63,344 nucleotides of DNA, filler included, from Atractiella rhizophila (GCA_021432655.1; 19 parts of 19 records of this genome joined end to end with filler, not necessarily neighbours in it), one strand, 5' to 3'. Counted from the whole stretch's first letter, positions 36,991 through 53,061 are shown. Program-made: numbers and translations. Notes: generated by a model from the letters alone, not told the origin.

Positions 36991-37296
36991 NNNNNNNNNN
37001 NNNNNNNNNNNNNNNNNNNNNNNNNNNNNNNNNNTTAATTAATTAANNNNNNNNNNNNNNNNNNNNNNNNNNNNNNNNNNNNNNNNNNNNGAAGGAAGGA
37101 AATCGCTCTTTGGTGAGAGTGAATAAACACGAACAAACACGGAAATGTAAGGTACTGCAGGTTGGTTGGCGGTTTCACGCCGTGTTGAATGAACTGGGAT
37201 CATCTCAAGGGTCCCGGTCTCAAGTAGAGGCGGACGGATCGTCCGGAGCCTATAGATTTAGGTTCCAGACAGAGTATTGTCTTCCGTGTGTGAGTA

Positions 37297-37422
37297 GTAC
37301 TCATGAGGACAAGGGTACCTGTGTCAAAGGTCACAACAAGTTACAAATCAGGCTCTAAGCTGATCGATACTCATGAGTAAGGGTACCACCGTACTCACGA
37401 GTACTACTCGTTGGCATCTCTA
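37297..37422 (-). mobile_element. Probable hAT-type transposon terminus with subterminal repeats
   Basis: Reverse complement begins TAGAGATGCCAACGAGTAGTACTCGTGAGTAC; repeated GTACTCA(T/C)GAG and AAGGGTACC motifs inside. Confidence 0.5.
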
Positions 37423-40408
37423 TTAAAAAGCAGACTTAAAAATCACCATTGTTTTGAGGGTCTTTTCTTCAACTTTAATAAGGCTTAAATTATTACAGCC
37501 TTGGCCCTTTAAGCCAACACTGGTTGGCTTGGTTTGTTAACCCCAGAGGGGTTATGGACAAGGGATTTTTTTTTCAACAATCTTCCGGTTCAGATCCATT
37601 TTTTTCTTCACCTTGCTGGATCCGACAGGTCTTATAGAGTGTTTGGGGATGGCAAGGTGCTTTTAAACCTCATTCACCCCCACATTTTGAATTTTGGCCA
37701 CACTGTCTGACTGGGATTTTTATGGTACTCAGCATCCGATGAGACTTGACAGGGCTTTCGAAGCCAACAATTTAGGTCTTGATGGGGAAGGAATGAGCCA
37801 AGGAACTCCTGGCTCTGCCCCTTTTGCAGCTAACATGTGACCCCTCCGCCATCGCTAGAGGTGGTGTGGTCATCAGACCACCTGGGACATAGCACTGGAG
37901 GCTTGGAGTGTGGACTGAAGTTGCGCTATCATCTGTGTGCCCATATTTCCCAGCGATTGTTATAGTTATTGCATGCTATGCAGGGAGCGAAAACCAAAAC
38001 AAGACTTAAACCTCCGATTCTTCGCCTTACGACAATCCACCTCCGTCTTAACAAACCCTGGCTTGGTCGTTTACTGCTTTCGTCTACGTGTACATGTTCC
38101 ATTACTGACCCAACAGCTACACCCCAATATCAACTCTGACAAACGGAATTTAGGAGAGCGCTGTCTTTGAGGTTTTCACATGTTTTCCCACAGGAAACAA
38201 CACAACGCGATTGGATCGTTCCTACCGAACCGTTCACCTCTGATCTTACAAGAAATAAGATGCTTCCTGATGACTGCAGGGCGTTTGTCTTTTCATCCTA
38301 TTAGCCTGAAGGGAAAGAGGGAGTGAAGCCACTGCACCACTCACATTTGTTCTCCATGTCAAACCTTTGACAGATGCAACTAAGAGTTAATGAAAGGACG
38401 TTAATGAAGCTGTTAGCAACGCACGCTTGACCTACCTCCGGTGTGAACAAAAAGGCAACGAAGCAGATAATGAGGTCAGGAGCAGAGTATTGAGCTTACC
38501 TCTCAGCCAGAGTAAGCCATCTCTAGTTGTCGGAAAGTATTCTGTGCCATACTGGTCAAATACTCGTCGATATGAGCCTTCACAAAAGGGATGAGTTGGC
38601 GTCAAATTGCGTTATAACCACCTTACCAGCAGGAAAGACTTTGAGGAAACCGTTATAATGAATTCAAAGAGTTGTCAGCTGCCTACCGATCAAAATGTCC
38701 TCAGCTGAACTACATCCGTGACGGTTTTTAAAGTCTTCGAGAGAATACAACTTGCCCATCCATGTTTTCCAGATATAGACTTCGTCCGTCTCGTTCATCC
38801 TCTCGCAAGACGTTTCCAACATGTAGTAAGGGGGGTAGGCTAAAGCTTATGACAGCTGCCTTTTATCTGGCTCATGCAGTTTATCCGTGTGAAACCGTCA
38901 CATGGCGTCACGATCTGTGGTCAATTGACATTCAGCGCATCACATCCATCGTTGCCCAACCCGTGTCGGTAAATTTCTACAATCTTTGTCCACATTGATG
39001 AAGGATGAAGAATACAGGGAATAGGTCTCCTAGTTACAGCGTGGCTCCATCTACAATTTCCTCACAGCAAGGCTAGCTCATAGTTGCGATCACGATGTTC
39101 CTTGAAGTAGTAGGGGCGGGTCTGCTCTAGGTGCTCCAATAAATGGATCAGCACAAGAACAATGTTGCAATGGGTGAATATGAAATGCGTTGAGACACAA
39201 CGAAGCGGTACAAACTTCAGTAGACACAACGAAAGTGATCCCCAAATTGACGACTGAAAGCATCATCACTTCCGGCGAAGCTTGTTCGATTCGCTCTTCG
39301 ACCCATCCACATCCACTTCCTCTATTGTCTTTCTTTTTGTTGTTGGCACTAAAACCTTGTCGATAAGGTTCCGTTTGTTGTTCACCATCGCTTTCAATTC
39401 ACCCTCCCGACAATGTACGACATTCTCTAAGACCCATATCAGACATCTCAACAGTTGCATTTCCGCTCCGACGAATAGTTCATCATCCAAGATACTCCTT
39501 GTCGGATCAGATTCGCCAAAGATGGTCTCCAATTCCTCCGATGGAATTCCTAGCGTTTCGCAAAGTTGGGTTACCAGAGCGCCGCGACGCCCGGCAAAAT
39601 AACCCCACATATCTTCATCGACGTAACGAGCGTTAATGCTGCTGGAGGGGCGGTTACGGAGCTTGTTTGGGCTGCTCAAGTTGGTCGACATCATGTCGAG
39701 CCGTTGTTGAGCATACCCGTCACCCAAGGAGTCGGAGACCGTCGGTGTTAAAACTGGTCGAAAACTGGTTGACCAGTTTTGTGCTGCGGGGAAACTGGTC
39801 GATGTCGGGCGCACCACGTGCCCGAGGCCACAAACATGGCCAAATCTTCCTTCGAAATGGAATGAGGAAAAGAAGGAAGATGGACGGACCCACAAACCGC
39901 AAGCAACGGCGGAGGAAAGGACTGTTATACAAGTCCTTCCTCCTTCTTCCATCTACCCATCCGCCACCCTTTCCTTCCCCATCTTCTCATCCACCTAGCT
40001 TCCTCCGACATCCTCTATTCTCTGATATGTGGGTGTGCTTCTGCAGCATGGCGAAAAGGTGCGCCTCTCTTGTTACTTCTCATTCCTTTCCTCTTTGCAT
40101 GAATGTTGTACTAATAATTATCTCCCAGCATTTTTCTGTTTCCGCTTGCTTCTCACCTTCCATCCACCAGCTTCCACGGCCACTACTCTCTCATGCCCCA
40201 CCCCTCCTCATCCCATCCACTCTGTCCCACCCTTCACGCCTTCTCCCAGCAGAGTACCAGCTCATTGGACCTTATTCAATCGTCATGTCTGCGCTTTCCT
40301 CCAACATCNNNNNNNNNNNNNNNNNNNNNNNNNNNNNNNNNNNNNNNNNNNNTTAATTAATTAANNNNNNNNNNNNNNNNNNNNNNNNNNNNNNNNNNNN
40401 NNNNNNNN

Positions 40409-40984
40409 AAGATGAACAACATTTCGTACAGTCCCCTAGCTGCAAAGGTGGATGAGAGTATGATGCACCGCGCGTGGGAATGGTATACCAAAGTAACCAA
40501 GGAACCAGCGTTTCAGAACCCTGGGACATCCTTCGTTTTTGGAAACGAGCATGCTGTCAGTCCTCCTTTCCCCTCTCGTTGATCATCGAGACCTGCTGCT
40601 GATGTTTGAAGAAGGGTACCGGATCAGGTGAATTGACGGCATGGCCGCGTTCACAGCGTACCTTTACAGTTCTCCTCAACATAGGCTTCGGTCCACAAGA
40701 CACTGAGGAACAGACAAAAGCATTGAGGGAAAAAGTGGATCGCTTGCTTTTGGAAGGGGCGGAGCAGATTGTGGAGGGCAATGGGGCGGAGAGTTCCTGC
40801 TTACCTAACTTCCCACTGGAATTTCTGGACAAGGATTCTGTACGTTCTCGTGCTCTGGAGTTGGCACTAACCGAAGAAGCGACATGGATAGATTTACAAA
40901 GGAAATTACCCAAGACTGCGGCAGCTTAGGAAGAATTACGATCCGTGTTTGAAGTTTAACAGACATGGCGTGAACATCATTTGA
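40409..40984 (+). CDS. FAD-linked oxidoreductase with berberine-bridge-enzyme-type C-terminus, 3' part
   Basis: TAWPR..CLPNF../intron/IYKGNYPRLRQLRKNYDPCLKF matches the BBE motif 'Y..NY.RL..LK..YDP...F'. Confidence 0.75.
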
Positions 40985-41574
40985 TTGAGACACGAGGGTG
41001 GTCGTAACTTTGATTTGACTTACAATAGGAAACCTCTTAACCATTTCCGACCCTTACTCTAGACCAGTATCTGAAATTCACGCGCTTTCGTTTCCACTCT
41101 CCTTATTCTGTATTTCCACAATTGAAGAAGCAGAATTGCAGCCATTGGTCCAGAGGCGGAAGTGTAGGGGATGCCATCACCTTGTTGACCTAACAGGGCA
41201 TCTCAAAGCTGGATTCGTCCTGTCAGTGAAAGTATCGGTGCATCCACCTACGGGTGGATAAACGCTCAGTGGGTTGTTCGCACGGGAGTTTCACACCATA
41301 AAAGCTTGATACTATTCTACATCAAATCTCTCCTAGGCGACGCTACGAGTATCCGTATGATGACATTGAAATACACTATGGTCTAATGATCTATGACACT
41401 TTTGAGTGATCTATAATACTTTTAGAGGCTGTTAAAACGTAGCTGAGAAAAATAAATGAAGGGATGTGCAGAGAAGACAAAATTAATGAGTGTTTAAACC
41501 AGAAACCCAAAACAAGTCGCCGAACCCAGTGTTATAGCAGGTGCAGGTGCTAAATTGTCAATCATCAGTTTCAT

Positions 41575-41988
41575 TCAAAGACACGGGAAGCAAGGACGGA
41601 CACTAGGATGAGCATTGAATTGCATCTGTGGATGGCGTTTCTTTTGTGATGGCTTCGGAGGCATTTGTTCGCGTCGTTCTGGAGAATCAGTAAGATCGTA
41701 ATTTGTACAAAGAAGGCGCGACATGCCTGGACGGCCCTTGCCAGGGTTTATAACAAACAACCGTGGCAGCCAACCTATCTTCTTGTTTGTTTCTCGATCT
41801 GAAATGCTTGTCTGTGGCGACAGGGAAGATGCTGAAGTTGTGGGAACGAGCTTGAACTCGCAGTCGAAATCAGAGTCAACTTCTGAGTCGCAAGGTCGGA
41901 TGTAGGCAGCAGTGCCAGGCGGATTTACCACTCGTGACACAGAGCTGGCATAAGAAGGAGGTGGTTCTGGATAGTGTTGATCGGACAT
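41575..41988 (-). CDS. Small hypothetical protein
   Basis: Single 137-aa ATG ORF with a PPPSY motif; no domain recognised. Confidence 0.35.
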   Translation of the reverse strand: MSDQHYPEPPPSYASSVSRVVNPPGTAAYIRPCDSEVDSDFDCEFKLVPTTSASSLSPQTSISDRETNKKIGWLPRLFVINPGKGRPGMSRLLCTNYDLTDSPERREQMPPKPSQKKRHPQMQFNAHPSVRPCFPCL

Positions 41989-43527
41989 TTTTGATTCGGT
42001 CGCGTTGTCTTTGCTGCTTTGCTTTAGGCCACCTCGCAGGCTTTTATGCTGCTTCGCGATCGAGAAGGCGGCTCAGACGGCTCGAGTCAAGAACGGCTAC
42101 GAGTCAAAATTTGAAGAAGGAGGAAAATAGGAACAAGTCACAGCTTGCTTATTGTTGTTATGCGCGCATTGGGCACTCCAGAAAAAATTCAAAGTCGGCC
42201 GGACTCGGCATCTCGAGTCTTAACTGTAAAAGGAGCGCCGCTTTCAACTTTCCACAACCCCAGAACGTGAAACCGCAACGTGCGTGTGAAGTGCTTGACT
42301 CGTTCTCCAAATAGACGAGGGAAGAGAAGAGCAAGAGAGGTTTTCCAGATTGCAACATTCTCGTCGCAATCGCCCCAGTTCACGTGCATTTGCAAGCACA
42401 ATTACCACAACAATTACTCACAACCCACGACATCATCAATATCTTAATTTCTTCATTTTGATCGTGTCCTCAAATGGAGAGCTACAACGACTATAGTCTG
42501 CACGCTCTGATGATCACAACAACAACAACAAAACAATTTCTGCGTAGCTCTAGCTTAGCACCACTTGGGATCTGCAGATATCCTGCTCTTTGAACAGGTA
42601 CAATAAATTCCTTCGTTGTCTGCCAGGAAGTTGCTAAAAGGCATCAGACGGCCTCACACCGCGTGTCAATGAAGAAGGGGAAAGAGAGGCTGTTGGCCAT
42701 GATCCTCATAAAGGAAATGATAGGAGCATGATGATGCTTAGAGCGGAACGCATACTACTACGCCTCACTGAAACCTCATGAAAGTGCGTGGGTCTGCAGG
42801 AGATTAGTTGCTTCTAATGTGAAGGAGGTGCTCCCAATGAGTTCAGGGACCATCAACAGATGGACTGTCAAACAACTTCCGTTATGCCAAATACGCTCCA
42901 GCATTCGTTTCCTCCATTAGAAGAACATTGTCATTGTCTGGATTTACGCCTACCTGCAGGCAATGCTTGGAAATGGCATCTGTTTGATCCTGCAATTGTG
43001 TGTAATGATGATGAGCATAGAAGGAATCAAAATTCGAGCCCTCACACGACATGAAGGAGGCACTTAACGCTGAGCACATGTTGAATCCAGTCTGCTATTC
43101 CACGCCTCTATCTCTCAGCCGCAAACACGCCTCAGCCCAGCACTTTCGGCGTTGCCATTGTCATCTAGTCGCATTCTGGCGACAAAAAGATTATAGTAGT
43201 TAGCTAGCGACAGCCCAACCTAATGCGACAGTGGCCATTGGACCATGTAAGACAAGGCTGTGGGACTGAGAATGAAGATTCGATAACAGAAGCTGACTGA
43301 ATCTCTGAGCGGCAAAAGTGGATGGTAATAAATGTCCGAAGTTTATTTGCTATGAAGGTCCTGATTGTCCTGATTGTTCTTCCTGACAGCATTATATTGT
43401 ACTTGAATAGGCGAGGTTCATATTGTTGGAGATAAGCGACAAACAGTGACAATTATGGTCACATGAATGCCCCGCAATGCCCCGCAATGTAAAATACACA
43501 TATACCCCCTCACAAGGATTTTTTCCC

Positions 43528-43612
43528 TTCACGCTTCCCAGTGTGATAGGAAGAATCCTAGGTGAGTTTCTTCTGCAATTCACGCTTCCCAGTGTGATAG
43601 GAAGAATCCTAG
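43528..43612 (+). repeat. 34-bp direct repeat pair ending in CTAG
   Basis: TTCACGCTTCCCAGTGTGATAGGAAGAATCCTAG at 43528-43561 and 43579-43612. Confidence 0.85.
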
Positions 43613-44828
43613 TCTCAACANNNNNNNNNNNNNNNNNNNNNNNNNNNNNNNNNNNNNNNNNNNNTTAATTAATTAANNNNNNNNNNNNNNNNNNNNNNNN
43701 NNNNNNNNNNNNNNNNNNNNAGGCGGACGGATCTTCCGGAGCCTATAGATTTAGGTTCCGGACAGAGTATTGTCTCCCGTGTCGGCATCATGATGATGGA
43801 GATATATCTGAAGGCTCGGACGATGAATCTGGCAAACTAGTCGCCCCCAGGGGTTTGCGCAAGCGGCCGGAGGCCGCAAGCGAAAAATGGTTTTGCGCTT
43901 CAATTTTGAGAAAATTTGCAAGCCAAAAAGCAGGTCAAAACTGGTCGACCAGTTTTATCGCCGACCAACTCCGACCCCTTGGGCGACGGGTCTGCTAGGT
44001 GAAGCATCATTCGATTCCAACTTGTCTGACAGCTAGGTGCAAATTCCATTCTGCACATCCGCCTTTTAAAAAGTTTCATTCATTCGGTACACCCAATACC
44101 AACCAGCCGTCGCCTCCTTTGACGTCCGAGTTTTCCGAATCATATCAAGACAGACAATGTTCGTACCCCCAACAACGAAACGATCAGTCGCTCGTGCCAT
44201 TCTCCTTGAACTTGCCACAAACTGTTCACCTAGGTAGTCTCACAGCTCACAGTGGGATCTCGCTTCATGTCGTCACTATTCCTCGCAAATGGCCCTCACA
44301 TTTCCGGTCCTGTCAGGATGGGAAGGAAGGTGACAGAGCTGATGAGAAGGATGGTGAGAACGGCGAGGGGGAGGATGACGTCTGCTCATGATGCGGCTCA
44401 GGTATGATTTCATCTTCAACCTTGTCGTTCTTGCCATGTGACGTTCGTTATGGCTGGAAACTAGTCTGCTATCTTTCCTCAAAAGACGATGGAGCAGCAA
44501 ACATCTAGCCCATACCAGGACTCTCATGAACCAGCCTCAGCTGCACTAGTTCATCTCATCACCCCAGTCGAATTAAGACCTGGTACTCCGATCCACCTCT
44601 CCATTCTTCCCTCTTTCCTTACTCACCTACCACCATCGATCCACACACTCCGGATCACATTTGTCTTGCCTCGTCGATTCTGGAGCATCGCATCGTCGAA
44701 ATTGAGCTCTATCTCTCTGGAAGGTCTTGAAAATGTAGTTGAATCGGATGGTACACTGAATCTCTGCATTACTTCGGAGGAGAAAAGTATTTACAGTAAC
44801 ATTCGGGTATGCTAAACATCATGCTTCT

Positions 44829-46247
44829 ATGGAATCGCCGGACCTGTCTCTGAAGCCCTTCACATGCACATTTCAGCTTCTAGATAATCGCTCTGAGGTC
44901 ATCTTCAACCTCGTCGCTCGTTACTCCCCGGAGAAACGGCGTTTCGCTCCTCGCAGCGAATGGGAGGAACAGTGTTTCGTTCCTATCAGCGATTGGGAGG
45001 AATCAACCATCTCATCCACCGGTCTGGGAACCACCATCCAACTCTCCCTCCCCCCAACTCGAACTACAGGTATTGGTTTATGCACCATTGCACAATTACC
45101 CCTCGAGATCCTCTCACTCGTCTTCGACTTCCTGTCATTCGGTGCGGATGAATACCTCGTCGACAGTAGGGACGGTCTCGTTTCCTTCCAGCGAGTTTCT
45201 ACCGTCTGTCAGCGCTGGAAGGCTGCTTCAGTACCATATTTAGATACTGATATATCTATGAAAGAGAGGCATGCTCGTTTGCGACAATATCCTCATGCTG
45301 GACGTTTGTGGACGGACCTCCAGTTTGACGGAAGAATTGACGATGATATCAGCGCCAAGATGGCGAAGGAAGTCATCTTAGCATCGACGAATGTTACGCT
45401 TGTGTACATGGACGCGTTTTGGAATGAAGAGAAGGCGAAGATTGTGTTGCATGTGATTGAAGGCTTGACGAGGTTGGATAGTATATGGTTTGGAGGACAA
45501 GGTTCTAGAAAGTGGAAGAAGCATGAGGTCGAGAATTTTGTGTGGAGGATAGGTGACAGGATCAGAATCTTCAGTGCTTATGGCGTGGAGGACTCTACCT
45601 CGTCAACATCACCAGGCCTTCAATTATCATCTGACCTCCAACGCCTAATGCTGCATGCATACCCGCCTCTCCAATCGCTCTCTCTCCCACAAACCCTTAT
45701 GGGGTTGAGTCTCTCCAATCTGTGTCCTCTCCCTCCTTCCGTCTCAGGCTCCTGTCTACCGCCTCTTCTAGAAGATCTCAACATCACGCTCGCCCCCTAC
45801 TCGCCTCATGGAAAGACCTCCATCCTATCCGCTCCGCTCGACTTTTCATACCTCAAACATCTCACCCAGCTCTTCCTCGATGGTGGTGAGGAAACTTCTA
45901 ACCTTGTTTCCCCCGAGTTCTTGCACCTCCTCAGAAATGCAAGAGCAATAGTCAACATTGATGTTCGGTACTGTGTGGTCGACTGGGAATTCAGAGGGTT
46001 TGTATTCTCAGACTTCATCCGCTGGTTCTTTGGGGACAGGGGTGTGAAGGGGGGGGGGGATATGGTGGATGAAGCTGTATGGGTGAAGAAAATGAGAGGA
46101 CTTCAGTTGCGTGTTCAGCTATTCTTTGGAGGGTGGCCTGAGGAAGCGATATGTATGGCCAGAAGCACGCTGAGAGAGTTGGGGGTTATCCGAGTCGAGG
46201 GTGACTACCGGATATGGGTTCGGGAGGGTGGAGGGGAGGAACACTGA
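44829..46247 (+). CDS. F-box-like / LRR-like protein (additional upstream exons likely from ~44157)
   Basis: IAQLPLEILSLVFDFL...VSTVCQRWKAASVPYL then LxxLxL repeats (LQRLML, LEDLNITL, LTQLFLDG). Confidence 0.7.
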   Translation: MESPDLSLKPFTCTFQLLDNRSEVIFNLVARYSPEKRRFAPRSEWEEQCFVPISDWEESTISSTGLGTTIQLSLPPTRTTGIGLCTIAQLPLEILSLVFDFLSFGADEYLVDSRDGLVSFQRVSTVCQRWKAASVPYLDTDISMKERHARLRQYPHAGRLWTDLQFDGRIDDDISAKMAKEVILASTNVTLVYMDAFWNEEKAKIVLHVIEGLTRLDSIWFGGQGSRKWKKHEVENFVWRIGDRIRIFSAYGVEDSTSSTSPGLQLSSDLQRLMLHAYPPLQSLSLPQTLMGLSLSNLCPLPPSVSGSCLPPLLEDLNITLAPYSPHGKTSILSAPLDFSYLKHLTQLFLDGGEETSNLVSPEFLHLLRNARAIVNIDVRYCVVDWEFRGFVFSDFIRWFFGDRGVKGGGDMVDEAVWVKKMRGLQLRVQLFFGGWPEEAICMARSTLRELGVIRVEGDYRIWVREGGGEEH

Positions 46248-46549
46248 AGATACTCATATTTTCCACTTGTGTCCTAAAGGAGACACGAGAGGAAGGTGCG
46301 AAGTTCATAACACTCTTTGTTCCAAACACAGCATAAACATTATAAAAATGGGTGACTAGGGACAGGGCAGGATTGTTTTTTGTTGTTGTGATCATATTAG
46401 AGAGCATAAAGACTATAGTCAATGGAGCTACATGTATGGAGAAGTGATCAAAGAAAGTTTGAAATATGTTAATGTGGGTATTTTCCTGAGAAGAGAGAGA
46501 TCTAGATGTGTAACTCGCTGAATGTGTAAAAAAAGGATAAAGTAAGACC

Positions 46550-46890
46550 CCATGATTCCCCATCCGAGAAATAGCGATGGGGGCGTCGACGAATGTTTCG
46601 GTTGGCGGCCAGAAATAAGAGAGTAGGGAATAGATGATGATGGTGAGGACGATACCCCAGAGCCAACCCACGAGGAATATCCATTCTATCGATCCCACAT
46701 CCACTGAATCGCATCGCATTCAATCAGCATTCGACAAAGACATTCAAACAGAGAGAAGAGACGCGCACCATCAGGGTTGATCGATTGAATCAATCCAGGG
46801 AACGCGGGAGGTACGACGAGAAGAAGTGTAAGGCCAGCGCGCCAGTTAAATCCGTGCCGTCATTACCAACCTTTACATCAGCCAACCATT
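46550..46890 (-). CDS. NCS1 nucleobase/allantoin permease, C-terminal fragment
   Basis: FNWRAGLTLLLVVPPAFPGLIQSINPD/VDVGSIEWIFLVGWLWG..YSLLSYFWPPTETFVDAPI; true stop uncertain. Confidence 0.7.
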
Positions 46891-47028
46891 TCGTGTTTCC
46901 ATCGAAAAATAGAAGGAAAGCGAACATANNNNNNNNNNNNNNNNNNNNNNNNNNNNNNNNNNNNNNNNNNNNTTAATTAATTAANNNNNNNNNNNNNNNN
47001 NNNNNNNNNNNNNNNNNNNNNNNNNNNN

Positions 47029-49726
<2,698 letters not shown>

Positions 49727-50328
49727 TGTTTATTGGAAGCGGCGGGAGAGAGGGTATTTGTGACAGGACAGGAATAAGGAAAGTCTGAGAAGCGGGAGGT
49801 GTTGCCAGATTGGGAAGAACTGGGAAACGCCGACGATCTTGAATAATCAGCGACAAATTTTTTGACTTCAGACACAGCTTTGAAGAAACAGATTATTGAA
49901 CGCGTTTGTGGAAATGTTACGCAGTATTGTGCAGCGCATATTACATTGCGGCGCGCCAGGTTTTGATTCGGTATGATCCCACCTCAACATCGTCATGGTG
50001 TGTCTCCGGAAGTGGTTTTGCATTTGACGGACGCCGTCGCATCATTGCGGTAGAGGTATATGCAATATGTTTAGATTTGAGGACTCTCAAAGCCATAAAT
50101 ACAGCATGTTTACTCTGATCGAGCTTGAAGAGGGATATGCTGCTTTTATGTCATTCACGAACATTAACTATCATTCATGCTGTGAGAATTCGTGTTCTAC
50201 CTTCTACTTCGTACATGTCAGCTATTATNNNNNNNNNNNNNNNNNNNNNNNNNNNNNNNNNNNNNNNNNNNNTTAATTAATTAANNNNNNNNNNNNNNNN
50301 NNNNNNNNNNNNNNNNNNNNNNNNNNNN

Positions 50329-51597
50329 CCACCTCTTTTTCTTGGATCTGAGGTTTCATAAATCTATGTTATCGACAGCTTGCTTTCGACGACTTTTCTA
50401 TTTCGCAGGTTGCGAAGTTCATGGGCCTGTCTGACGACTCGAACAAGGTTTGCTCTTCTGCCTCCCATACTTCGCACTCTCACGTTATTGTTATAGTACG
50501 CGAAGCGATCGCAGAATTTCCTGAATCTCTGGAACCCGAATGTGACCGTCCCTGATGCCCCTGCCTATGTCCAAGGCTTCATCCAGCCGAAATTCAGCAA
50601 CGGCACATTCAACCACACCGATCCGAGGCATTGCTCCATTCGTTCGTTGCCCTCCATTTTGATAAATTACAGCTCATTTTGCGCGAGGGTAGACGATCCC
50701 GTTAAAGCGACTTGCTTTTTGAATAACATCCGGAGAGATGGGTTCTATGAGAGCTCCCCTATCGTCTATTCTCAGGTACGCCGTCAGTAATTATTACTGA
50801 GATAAAACTGATAATTCTTAAAAATAGTATGCACCTCATGACACTGCGAAGTTGATTGAGATCCAAGGCGGACCTGAGAATTTTATTCAGCGTCTGGATT
50901 GGATTTTCGATGAGGTATGTCCCCTGTTCCAGAAAATATAAAACCATACTGAAGATGCGATGATGCCTTGATAGGGATACTTCGATTCAACAAATGAGCC
51001 GTCACAGCAGATTCCATTCATGTATCATTATGCCCACCGACCTGCACTCTCGACTTTCAGGAGCAGACAAACCATCTCCACTTCTTACAATACTTCACTA
51101 AATGGTCTTCCAGGCAATGATGATTGTACGTCTGTAAACTTATTATCTTTTCCTTCGGTAACGTTTTCGGTGTAGCTGGCGCGATGGCAAGCTACGTATT
51201 CTTCTACCTCGTCGGCCTCTATCCCCTTCCTGCCACGCAACAATTCCTCCTGTCTTCGCCATATTTCCCAAGCATCTCTTTCTATAACCCGCTTTTCGAG
51301 TCTTGGACCACTATCAAGGTGTCGAATTTCGATACGACAGGAAAGAGCGTATATGTTAAAGTGTGTCACTTTTTTTCCCATCCTCGCATAGCAGAGCTCA
51401 TTGTGCGTGATGAACAGGACGTGAAGATTGACGGGAAGGAGTGGAAGAGTAGATGTTGGATCCCCTGGAGTGTCTTCGAGAATGGAAGCACCGTGGAATT
51501 AGAAGTGACGGATGACATGTCACTTGATTGTGGTGCCGCTGATGACAGTCTGCCTGCTAGTCTATCGACCGGAGGGTATGGATGGGTGAACTTTTAA
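50329..51597 (+). CDS. Glycoside hydrolase family 92 alpha-1,2-mannosidase, 3' part
   Basis: AFDDFSISQVA, GFYESSPIVYS, PHDTAKLIE, NEPSQQIPFMYHY, GLPGNDD/GAMASY..GLYP, FLLSSPYFP across short introns. Confidence 0.9.
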
Positions 51598-53061
51598 GCA
51601 AGGACCTAAGGAATAAATGCATTCCATTGTATTTATCAATGTAAACCACATCACAATTGTCTTGCATACCGGAGGCCAAGTACCGTATCACGATCTAAAG
51701 GTTTCCGAGCAAGTTGCGGCTTGTACATTAAGTCTAGGTGCTTTAAGTATTCACTCCGTCCCAGTCGTCCTTCTCCAGAGCGTCGTTGAGAAGACGGATG
51801 GGAGCATGATTTCCCAGATCAGTTGTACGATGTGCATCGCCGTTTGGATTCATGCCGGGCTTGTTAAAAGGTGGCTTCTAGAACTGGTACTGTCGACGAG
51901 GAGGAGCTGTACCGATCGTTGGACCTGGATTGACAGGAGTGTGATGCGAGGGAAGTCACGATGACAGAGTCGTATCATGAAGTTGGTGGAATTGATCTTG
52001 TTGGCGCAACGCATGTGCTTACGAGACGTTGGCGACTGCCAATAAATCAGGATTCATCAGGCGAATCGTGAACCATCTTCACTGTGACAGATGTCCAGAG
52101 AACATTTGCCCATTGGATTGCTTTACGGTACTCCACAGTGCTGGTTTCGTGAGGTTAAGTATTAGGCAGGTGAGCCCACAAACAATTTGAAGCAGTGAGG
52201 GGAGTTTAAGAGAGAGTTGGCGAGGCTACTGTTTGGTTTGAAGCCTAGGCACAACCTTAGTCACTCAGTCTGACATACTTTGCCGTTATGAAACTCTCTC
52301 CCACCAAAGTACCAAGAGACGCAACAGGATATGTTTGGAGGAGAAGGGAAGTTTATGTTAGGAGACGGCCTAATAAATTCCAAAGAAAAGTGAGTCCCAC
52401 TGAGCGTCAATAAAGATTATGTATCAAGTTCAAGTTTGTCATATTCAAGGATCAGTGCTCAGCAGCATCGACCTGTTTAGTAATTTGTGTACTACGGACA
52501 GCGCATAGTTCAGTCACAGACAGCCGTGCTAGAAGTGAGTGGAAGACTCAACAGATATGTGGAGCGTTGTTTATCCTCGCTCTTTTGGCATATGACAAAG
52601 TGGGTGTGGATTATTCACGGAAGTGGAAGGATTACTTCGGTTACTGCAAGGACTGTTATTGCTACTCCCGTCTCCTTGGCTGATTAAAGAAAAGAATGCT
52701 TTGTTCCAAGCAAAGTTCTGAAGTTTCACCGCAACAAGTCTGTTTCAAGTTGATATGACAAGACAGATGCTTTGACTTTGTTCTGACTGAAGTGAACCAG
52801 TATCTGAGCGACATCATCGAGCCACCAATTAATCCCAAAACGTTGGATCGTTTTACAATGCTTTATTCGGCGTTAGAGCAATGTTATTGTCAACGATACA
52901 CAAGCGAAATTGCAGCATTACGGAGAGGATGAAGGAGTGAAAATGCGACGGTGCTCTTTAATAACACCGCAGACAATGCCCCAATGTCCCAATCAGAATT
53001 GTTAGAATGGCAGCAAAGACCGTCTCTAATTTCCAAACGCCAGAAGCTCTGGTTCAATATG

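Noticed and set aside
37430..40308. Protein-coding genes including ORFs 39266-39952 and 39667-40356
   Set aside because: No recognisable domain, the ORFs run through a repeat terminus, and the surrounding sequence looks like decayed repeat; cannot be supported.
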